DNA of 46,931 nt from positions 1 through 46,931 of the IMG/VR virus record IMGVR_UViG_3300020045_006398; one strand, 5' to 3'. This stretch comes from a virus. Taxonomy: Duplodnaviria; Caudoviricetes. Of the stretch, positions 9,721 to 16,882 are shown piece by piece; position 1 is the stretch's first letter, and each line of letters opens with the position of its first letter. A program made the position numbers and the translations under genes. A model generated the notes under the pieces. It was not told the origin of the DNA. It searched no databases and saw only the letters and a list, made by a program, of their open reading frames with translations.

Positions 9721-11518
9721 TTACCACTGGATTTAATGCGCTGGTAATATTTGGCTTCACCTGTTTGGCAAGTATCTTATCAACCTCTCCATATACTAAT
9801 GCCTTTTGCTTCTTATAGGGGAAGTCGGCAAAGTTCGGATAATCGTCAAATAGATCGGACATGATACGCTCATAGTACAGGTACAGTATGCGCTCCGGGT
9901 CATCGGCTGGCAGTGTGGATGTAAGTAATATCATACGCTCACTGGCAGGCTTATCGCTCATTGGCTTGAATCGCTCCCTTGCCTTGTATGCCTTGATAAA
10001 TTCAGGATTATCCTTGTGTTGCTTTGAGAGAATAGCCAGGTCAATAGTTGATATGATCGAATTGGATACGCCTGCTGTTGATGCTGATGCGCGTTGATCA
10101 ATCAACTCCTGAACGCTCTCTAATTTAAAGTCAGATGGAAAAGAATGCTGCACCTGCAGCCCATCGCTTTCACCCCTATGGTTGGCTGCCTGTTTAACGG
10201 CGAACTTGAAAAATTCACTTACATGATCAGCATATTCAAACAATGTATTATTGACAGCTCGCCAATCGTAATTCTTTGCGGTAGCAGTCTCGACTATTTC
10301 AGAACGGTCTAAAACATTGGCTCCAAATATCGCATTGAAAACATCCCTTTGGTCAGAAACAAAATCTTCGCGCTGCATCTTGATGAGATGCTCCGGAATG
10401 GTGGCGAAGTAAACCATATCGGATAGCTTCATGGCCGTCCCTGGATCACCTGGCATCTTATACAGCACAATGTCCTGTACGGTTGAATGTATGTCCTTAC
10501 CTGTGCCTTTACAGGATGTGCATGATACTACATTGTCATAATCATTGGTAATCTTACCTTCACCATGACAGCTATTGCAGTTGTCAACGTAAGCAAACTT
10601 CTGATAGAATCCGTGGAGTGCCTTTGATAAATCGTATTCTGATTTATTCCATATAAGATCAGTAATAATCTTTTCTGATGGATACATTGGACTCACCTTT
10701 GTCCTTCCCCTGGTTTGTGGGTCATCCATATACCCAACGCGGAAAGCAGGGCATTCTGTAGTCATTGACTCGAATCCCTGATAGATAAACTTTTCAGGCT
10801 TTTTGTCTTTGCCAACGTACAGGACAACTTCTGTATATCCTTCCGGAATCTCATATATAGCACCTTTTGGAATGTGCTGAAGTACCCACGAATAACCGAT
10901 ACCGTATAATGTGTAACGGTTTCCGGTTAATACTGTATTTTTTACCCTTGATTTGTAGGTTATAGGATGCTGGGCGATAAGATATTTTAGTACACCATTG
11001 ACGTACTTATGATCGTACACCTCATTGGCTCGTACTTCAAATGGGTAAACTGTTGGCTTTTTGTTGACCGGATCATCATTTTCAAACTCAACAATGATAT
11101 AGCTGTTTGGATCTTCAAATGATAAATCCTTGAACCTATTGGCAATATATTTATCCAGTGGCTTACCCTCATACCATTCATTGAGAGCGCCCGTAAGGTC
11201 AGCCAGCGCTGTATCATTTGATTTGCCGTAATTGATTGATTCAACCACGTCATCACACCTATGGACCTCGTTAAAAAGTTTCTTTACCTTATTGCTTACA
11301 TACTGCGTACGGGAATTGGTAATACGGATACGCTGGTCAACTTGTTTTTGCGTTTCTCGTACCTTGTATGATACAAGTATTTCCTTTTGATCATCACCTG
11401 TTACAATCTGATAGCACCACTTGGCATGATCAACTGTGCGCTGATAATCGCGGTGTGGTGTATCCTCGGATACCCTTCGTGTTAATATGTTGAAAAGCCC
11501 CTCAGATGAGAAATCCAT
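9695..11518 (-). CDS. Portal protein with inserted DnaJ-type zinc finger
   Basis: About 607 aa directly downstream of terL; contains CNSCHGEG and CTSCKGTG. Start placed at ATG 11518 because the ORF-track TTG lies inside the promoter element. Confidence 0.8.
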   Translation of the reverse strand: MDFSSEGLFNILTRRVSEDTPHRDYQRTVDHAKWCYQIVTGDDQKEILVSYKVRETQKQVDQRIRITNSRTQYVSNKVKKLFNEVHRCDDVVESINYGKSNDTALADLTGALNEWYEGKPLDKYIANRFKDLSFEDPNSYIIVEFENDDPVNKKPTVYPFEVRANEVYDHKYVNGVLKYLIAQHPITYKSRVKNTVLTGNRYTLYGIGYSWVLQHIPKGAIYEIPEGYTEVVLYVGKDKKPEKFIYQGFESMTTECPAFRVGYMDDPQTRGRTKVSPMYPSEKIITDLIWNKSEYDLSKALHGFYQKFAYVDNCNSCHGEGKITNDYDNVVSCTSCKGTGKDIHSTVQDIVLYKMPGDPGTAMKLSDMVYFATIPEHLIKMQREDFVSDQRDVFNAIFGANVLDRSEIVETATAKNYDWRAVNNTLFEYADHVSEFFKFAVKQAANHRGESDGLQVQHSFPSDFKLESVQELIDQRASASTAGVSNSIISTIDLAILSKQHKDNPEFIKAYKARERFKPMSDKPASERMILLTSTLPADDPERILYLYYERIMSDLFDDYPNFADFPYKKQKALVYGEVDKILAKQVKPNITSALNPVVNEPEQMDK

Positions 11519-11524
11519 ACCTTG

Positions 11525-11570
11525 CAAAATTGCAACGATAAGAGGGTGGGCTGTGTTACAATGTGTAACA
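11525..11570 (-). promoter_or_regulatory. Late promoter copy 2
   Basis: Palindrome at 11554-11570, 21-nt spacer, CAATTTTG at 11525-11532. Confidence 0.8.
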
Positions 11571-11575
11571 AGTTT

Positions 11576-12952
11576 TTAAAGGTCCTCGAAGTTTAGGCCA
11601 GTGGCGGCCATATTTGGAGGCTTAAGATCAAAGATTGACCTCATCATGAGCATGTCTGATATATCCGGTGATCTCCCAATATTTGCCTTGCGTTCTTTTT
11701 TACTTGTAAGTTTTAGTTTTCCCTCTTTTGTTCCTTCGACTGTTTTGATCTGCTCCAATTCCTGAATAGTCATATCCTTAATGCTATCCTTACCCTTTAC
11801 CTTGTCATCGTCATCAAGAGCCTTAATCCATATCGATCTACTGTTTACCTTTTCGCCTAAATAAAACTCACATTGCGTTTTTAAATTTTCATAATTCTGT
11901 TTTTTGCCTTCAATGTTTATGGCTGATCCTCCATTATGGAAAGCCTTTGCACCACTTACCCATCCGCCAACATAGGCGCCTACCCCATCAGCATCGTAAA
12001 CGATATGTGAATTAGGTACGCCATGCTCTGTTTTTACCTTATTAATAAAATCTACAAGCTCCTTTGGTTTGCATTTTGGAATGATGTATTTCTTTACCAG
12101 AACCCACCCATGCCATACCCCAATAACAAACAGGTCCGATCCTTCGAGCGCTACATCTGCTGTAATATATTTTCGTAAATCTGGCTTAACGTGGCTGTTA
12201 GTGAATGAATCAGTTATCGCATCGTATGGCATTAATGCGTTATCGTCATCGTCATATTCCCAATTACCATTCAAAAGCCTTTGTCTGGATATGCCCTGCA
12301 GATCTTCAAGGGTCTTTATATAGTCGGGGCTTGCTGTTTTGTTGTCATACACTAAAGCCTGGATATACTTTTTGTCAGGTGGTAATTCACCATTTGCAGC
12401 AGGCTTATAAAACTCCCGATATAAAAAACCCTTTTTAGGATTACAGGTAATAAGTAGTTTTTTCTTTAGTTTGTAAGTTTCATTTTTCCATCTTCCAATT
12501 GATATCCAAAGATTCTTTTTTGCATCCTCACTAACTTCCCCTGCCTCCTCAATCCATCCCCTTGTCATCTGGATTGATCCAAACCTTTCAAATAATTTAT
12601 CTGATGGAAGGTATGTACAGGCTATGAGATAAACCCTGCTCCCATTCTTTAATTCAAAGTAATTATCCTGGCCGTTGTATTTATATTGATTTTTTTTGAT
12701 GCCCCACCCGTTTAATACCTCATGGATAGATGGGATGGTGTATTTGCGTAAGTCTGCAAGTTCTTTTCTAGCAATAAAATAATGTGTCTCAGGATACAGG
12801 AATGCATCACCAAAAATAAGTGAGCAACCTAAATAAGACTTTCCCCCTGATTTAGCACCACCGTATAATATTTGCTCAGTGGTATCATCAAGCCAATATT
12901 CACACGCTTGTAATTGTTTTTCATTGCCCCTTGTGTTGAACTCTACCAGCAT
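11576..12952 (-). CDS. terL: Terminase large subunit
   Basis: Walker A YGGAKSGGKS, Walker B WIEEAGE, TCNP coupling motif, nuclease motifs DVALEGSD and SPDISD. Confidence 0.95.
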   Translation of the reverse strand: MLVEFNTRGNEKQLQACEYWLDDTTEQILYGGAKSGGKSYLGCSLIFGDAFLYPETHYFIARKELADLRKYTIPSIHEVLNGWGIKKNQYKYNGQDNYFELKNGSRVYLIACTYLPSDKLFERFGSIQMTRGWIEEAGEVSEDAKKNLWISIGRWKNETYKLKKKLLITCNPKKGFLYREFYKPAANGELPPDKKYIQALVYDNKTASPDYIKTLEDLQGISRQRLLNGNWEYDDDDNALMPYDAITDSFTNSHVKPDLRKYITADVALEGSDLFVIGVWHGWVLVKKYIIPKCKPKELVDFINKVKTEHGVPNSHIVYDADGVGAYVGGWVSGAKAFHNGGSAINIEGKKQNYENLKTQCEFYLGEKVNSRSIWIKALDDDDKVKGKDSIKDMTIQELEQIKTVEGTKEGKLKLTSKKERKANIGRSPDISDMLMMRSIFDLKPPNMAATGLNFEDL

Positions 12953-12957
12953 CCATA

Positions 12958-13491
12958 TTATTCTTTCTTGATCACCATACCAGTGACCACAATAGGGGCG
13001 CCACCCTTCCCGGATACTTCTAGCTGATCAGGTTGATTGAATCCGAATATCTTATTGAGCATTTCAATGGCCCTTAATTTGTCATGGGTTTTAAAATGCA
13101 ATATTTCTGTTATGATAGGATCTCCTTGTTTTGAGTAGGTAGTTGTGGTCTGTGCTTTTACTTCTGATAAAATGCACTTTTCCTCATCCGTAAGTTCATC
13201 CCAGTCTTTAACATTCATCCAATCCGATCTAAGGTTGGCAGCCGATCCGTAGGCTATCTTAGCTAACTCAGTCGCATTCCTTATGAGTGATATACCCACC
13301 GTTTCTGCAGCATTCGACTGCAAATACTTAACATACGCCTGCACCTCAGGCTTTTCCAACCAATACCCGCCTTTGGTGTAGTATTCATTGAAGTTTGCCC
13401 GCCTCATTGCCTTTTGGACATTGAGATCAACCACATACTCCTGGCAGAATCGCTTTACATCCTCCGGTACATCGCTAAAATTATTTTCCAC
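12958..13491 (-). CDS. terS: Terminase small subunit
   Basis: RFCQEYVVDLNVQKAMRRA...ELAKIAY...HDKLRAIEMLNK pattern; immediately upstream of terL. Confidence 0.9.
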   Translation of the reverse strand: MENNFSDVPEDVKRFCQEYVVDLNVQKAMRRANFNEYYTKGGYWLEKPEVQAYVKYLQSNAAETVGISLIRNATELAKIAYGSAANLRSDWMNVKDWDELTDEEKCILSEVKAQTTTTYSKQGDPIITEILHFKTHDKLRAIEMLNKIFGFNQPDQLEVSGKGGAPIVVTGMVIKKE

Positions 13492-13798
13492 TGGTCAGTA
13501 AATTTTTAAATGAAATCAATAATTTGTCCATTTCGTCCTCTCTGAAAACAGTTTTTACATCGTCAGAAATCCCTGGCATACATTTTTTTACCTCATTATC
13601 TTTCCGATAAAAGGCTAATCTGAGGGTCCCTTCGTCTATTTCCTCCACTCCAAAAAACTGTATAAAACAACGTACTGCACTCTTAACATCTTTTCCGCTT
13701 TGTCTTTGACCTGTCACAAAAGCCCATAACGTTGTATGTAGAAAGTTAGAGGCATAGATATTTTTAATACCTAATTGTTCGGAAGGAATATTTTTCAT
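13481..13798 (-). CDS. Small helical protein, candidate late-gene regulator
   Basis: 105 aa heading the terS-terL transcript; its promoter is overlapped by a degenerate copy of the late palindrome. Function is inferred. Confidence 0.45.
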   Translation of the reverse strand: MKNIPSEQLGIKNIYASNFLHTTLWAFVTGQRQSGKDVKSAVRCFIQFFGVEEIDEGTLRLAFYRKDNEVKKCMPGISDDVKTVFREDEMDKLLISFKNLLTSGK

Positions 13799-13819
13799 AA
13801 GTGTGAGGACTTATTAAAC

Positions 13820-13872
13820 AATTTCAATATGTAACAAATGTAGTATTTTTACAACAGAAACAAATAATTGTG
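13820..13872. promoter_or_regulatory. Divergent promoter region with degenerate late palindrome
   Basis: Minus-strand TACATTTG at 13835-13842; 13/17 match to the late palindrome at 13820-13836; plus-strand TAATTGTG at 13865-13872 just before ATG 13875. Confidence 0.55.
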
Positions 13873-13874
13873 TA

Positions 13875-14435
13875 ATGTCATACGCGGATCATGCACGTAA
13901 CTTAAAGGCAGCCATTGCCGAATTGAATGCCTCGCGTTTGGATGAGACAACGCGCATAATGAGTGATGATCTGGCATTAGTGGCTTCACGTGTCATTAAT
14001 AAAGGTTTACGCTCTGATGGATCATCAACTGGTACCTATTCTAAATCAGTTGTCCCATCTCCTTTTTATATTCCAAAATTGACAAGGATGAATTTCACCA
14101 ATCCTATCAAGAAATTAAAGGATATACAAAAGACACACGGATGGTTTTTTTCTTATGAAACATTCAGAAAAGAAACAGGCAGGCCAACGGGCTTTAAAAA
14201 CTTTTCATTGTCAGGTAAGATGTGGAAAGGAATAAAGGCGCTTATTGTTGGTGCTAATTCTACCTCCGTAACCTATGTCATTGATAGCGATGATCCTGAA
14301 GCATCTAAACTCATTGCTTTTAATACAGCTCAATTCGGTCCATTCCTTGAACAATCAGCAGAGGAACGCGCGTTAATTTCAAAACTCAATCGGATACGTG
14401 TTTTGAATGTTTTAAAAAAATATAATCTGGCATAG
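13875..14435 (+). CDS. Putative virion morphogenesis/neck protein
   Basis: Basic protein with G.YS...R...GR....NF.LSG.MW pattern resembling phage neck/morphogenesis proteins; first gene of the plus-strand late cassette. Confidence 0.55.
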   Translation: MSYADHARNLKAAIAELNASRLDETTRIMSDDLALVASRVINKGLRSDGSSTGTYSKSVVPSPFYIPKLTRMNFTNPIKKLKDIQKTHGWFFSYETFRKETGRPTGFKNFSLSGKMWKGIKALIVGANSTSVTYVIDSDDPEASKLIAFNTAQFGPFLEQSAEERALISKLNRIRVLNVLKKYNLA

Positions 14436-14436
14436 T

Positions 14437-14715
14437 ATGGCGACTTTTAATATTGATGTGACTGGAAGCCCTGATTTTGGTTCTGAAGAATTGAGAAAGT
14501 TTTTGCACTCAATGGCAGGATGTCCAGCCCCTAGAGTTAGTAATAACATTGATAACGTTAAGTACGTTTTCAACATTACCAGTAAGGCCGTATTTTTGGG
14601 TTCACGATATATCGGACAAGGTGAATTAAAGGGTAATACTCTTTTTGTCACCCAATACATATCTATCAATTCTCATCCTAATAATTTTTCAGCAACACCC
14701 ATCAATCTAAACTAA
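14437..14715 (+). CDS. Hypothetical protein
   Basis: 92-aa ORF tightly packed between its neighbours (1-nt gap; TAATG overlap). Confidence 0.55.
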   Translation: MATFNIDVTGSPDFGSEELRKFLHSMAGCPAPRVSNNIDNVKYVFNITSKAVFLGSRYIGQGELKGNTLFVTQYISINSHPNNFSATPINLN

Positions 14716-15758
14716 TGATCGAACAAATAATACGCAATACCATAGTTCCCGATATACAGTCATTAACATGGGCTGATCAAATCGGATACATGGTAAAGCC
14801 GTGGACAAAACGTGTCCAAACCGGAGTAGATCAATTTACCGATATCATTTTTCCGGTTGCTGAATTTGCCACCAATGAGGATTGTGAGGTTAATGATTAT
14901 GGGCTTAATATTCTCACCACTGACAAAGGATATACCTCACTGATATTGATCAGCACTGAAGGTGATATGATCAGTGAGACGGCTGAAAATATACCCCAAA
15001 GACGGGCATTAAACATTGAGCAGGATATCAAAATATCCGTATGGCTCAACAATCATCAAGGCACCACATCAATAGCTAAGGGTGAATTGATGCGCATATT
15101 ATATAATGCTGTATATCGGGCTGTTGAAGCTGAATGGCCTTATATCGGTGGTGCCCAGGTTGGGTATAGTATTTTCGTCAACAAGCTAAAGACATCATTT
15201 GTCCGGGAATCAAATGGCACGCCATTTAGTGAATACACATTCAGTAAAGATCAGGCTCAATTCCATAATACCTATTCAGCATTTGAATTGGTTTTCAAAT
15301 TAAAAGGATTGGTATTCCCTGATTGCCTCCCTGAATATCCCGATCTTGATGTTGATCTTTGCGAAACTCCAACCAATACAGCCGTGGCAGAACCTGATCC
15401 AAGTGGAACACCTGGAATATATACCCCAACAGTTACGATTATAAGCGGGGTTGATACGCTCACTGTTACCGATGCCCAGTATATGAGGGTTGGCAATACT
15501 GTTACTGTATCGGGCTCATTTACCCTGCAAATTGCTGATGTAGGTGTGGCTGCACTCTTTGAACTTAGTTTACCGATATCCTCAAATCTTGGGGCTACCC
15601 ATCACCTTGCAGGTATCTATTCCGCAAATGAAGATCAGGTGTTTGCCGGGAATATTACCGGAAGTATTGCCAACAACAGGGCAGTATTTTCAGCACTTGG
15701 TTTATGGGACTCAGGTTTGGTTTATTCGTACTCATACACGTATAGGGTGATTCTATAA
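14715..15758 (+). CDS. Putative tail completion/terminator protein with C-terminal fibre-tip-like domain
   Basis: N-terminal ~210 aa assigned from position; after a Pro/Thr linker the C-terminus reads YTPTVT...AQYMRVGNTVTVSG...LSLPI, typical of fibre C-terminal domains. Confidence 0.5.
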   Translation: MIEQIIRNTIVPDIQSLTWADQIGYMVKPWTKRVQTGVDQFTDIIFPVAEFATNEDCEVNDYGLNILTTDKGYTSLILISTEGDMISETAENIPQRRALNIEQDIKISVWLNNHQGTTSIAKGELMRILYNAVYRAVEAEWPYIGGAQVGYSIFVNKLKTSFVRESNGTPFSEYTFSKDQAQFHNTYSAFELVFKLKGLVFPDCLPEYPDLDVDLCETPTNTAVAEPDPSGTPGIYTPTVTIISGVDTLTVTDAQYMRVGNTVTVSGSFTLQIADVGVAALFELSLPISSNLGATHHLAGIYSANEDQVFAGNITGSIANNRAVFSALGLWDSGLVYSYSYTYRVIL

Positions 15759-16084
15759 TGACAGAAAATTTAGTCCTCATCTTTTTCTCAATGGTCATTG
15801 GTCAGGTATGGATAATACTTATTCAACCGGAGTTTATTCTTGATTGGATGGGTAAATACATAGATAGATCAATGAAGTATCCCAGGATCCATAAACTTTT
15901 TACCTGCTCAACTTGTATAGCCGGGCAGGTTAGTTTATGGATTTATCCTTTGTCATTGCTCTTTAGATGCACCGGATATCCTGATTGCTTTTCATACTCC
16001 TATTCTATGCTTACCCATTTTTGCATCGTGGTAACAACTATATGGGTGACAGCACTAACAAACCGATTCTTTAATTATGAATGA
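15758..16084 (+). CDS. Membrane protein with CxxC motif (DUF1360-like)
   Basis: Three hydrophobic segments; KLFTCSTCIAGQVSLW. Confidence 0.55.
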   Translation: MTENLVLIFFSMVIGQVWIILIQPEFILDWMGKYIDRSMKYPRIHKLFTCSTCIAGQVSLWIYPLSLLFRCTGYPDCFSYSYSMLTHFCIVVTTIWVTALTNRFFNYE

Positions 16085-16625
16085 ACCTATCCTAAAGACT
16101 ATTGATATCCCATCCGGTAAACTCATGGCCGGTGGGGAACAGTATTTTATCCAGTATTCTTTATCGACTAATTTCTATATCGAATACCTGAAGAAATTAC
16201 CCCGGCTTACATTTCATTCCACGTTCGCAGGGATGTATGACACCCTTTCAAAGATATATACCGCGGCATCTTCAGGCAATGATATGATATATGCCATTAG
16301 CCAGGCACGTGAGTTATCATGGAACCAACTTGATGCCATCAGGAGGTTTGATGAAAATGAGATCCCCGATATCGTTGATTTCTGTTGCCTCTTTATCCAT
16401 AAGGCCGGGGACGATGTTTCAAAGTTTGATCACGCTTACCATGAACTCAAAAAGCAGATCATTAGCGCGGAGGGCTATGACGTTGCCTCTTTTTTTACCT
16501 TAGCGTTTTCGCTAATAGAGAATTACGGAAACGCATACCACAAGATAAAGTCAGTGAGCAATCAAAACGGGCCGGTAGACATTCTACTGAACCCTCCTAC
16601 CCAACAGACAAACCCTACTTCTTAG
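16077..16625 (+). CDS. Putative tail assembly chaperone (gpG-like)
   Basis: Helical 182-aa protein with an in-frame T TTT TTT slippery heptamer at 16490-16496; adjacent to the tape measure gene. Confidence 0.6.
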   Translation: MNEPILKTIDIPSGKLMAGGEQYFIQYSLSTNFYIEYLKKLPRLTFHSTFAGMYDTLSKIYTAASSGNDMIYAISQARELSWNQLDAIRRFDENEIPDIVDFCCLFIHKAGDDVSKFDHAYHELKKQIISAEGYDVASFFTLAFSLIENYGNAYHKIKSVSNQNGPVDILLNPPTQQTNPTS

Positions 16626-16882
16626 ACTCTACCTTCAGGGTTAAATATCAGGCAGGTCTTAACATGGCAGATAATGGGAAGCAACCAGCGCCCATATTAT
16701 TGGTCGACTTTGCGGCCTTCATGGACAGTAAGTGGAACGACATTGTGATTTTCGTTTGTAAGATGCTGGAGGTCTATTCTGTATCCGAATTATGGGCGAT
16801 GGATATAGTCAGGTTTACGGGATTGGTATCGAAGGCTGAACAAATATATGCGGCTAAGAAGGCAGCGGCAATGAATCGTTAA
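16493..16882 (+). CDS. Tail assembly chaperone -1 frameshift extension (gpT-like; includes ORF 16664..16882)
   Basis: The -1 frame is stop-free from 16481 to 16882 and ends ...ELWAMDIVRF..., resembling gpT-type tails. Confidence 0.55.
   Translation, partial: FYLSVFANRELRKRIPQDKVSEQSKRAGRHSTEPSYPTDKPYFLDSTFRVKYQAGLNMADNGKQPAPILLVDFAAFMDSKWNDIVIFVCKMLEVYSVSELWAMDIVRFTGLVSKAEQIYAAKKAAAMNR

Noticed and set aside
11576-12952. Intron or intein in terL
   Set aside because: The length (458 aa) and motif spacing are normal and uninterrupted.
14367-14377. 11-nt complement (CGCGCGTTAAT) of the tRNA-like loop within a late gene
   Set aside because: A single short match inside a coding region, not at a start or terminator; compatible with chance.
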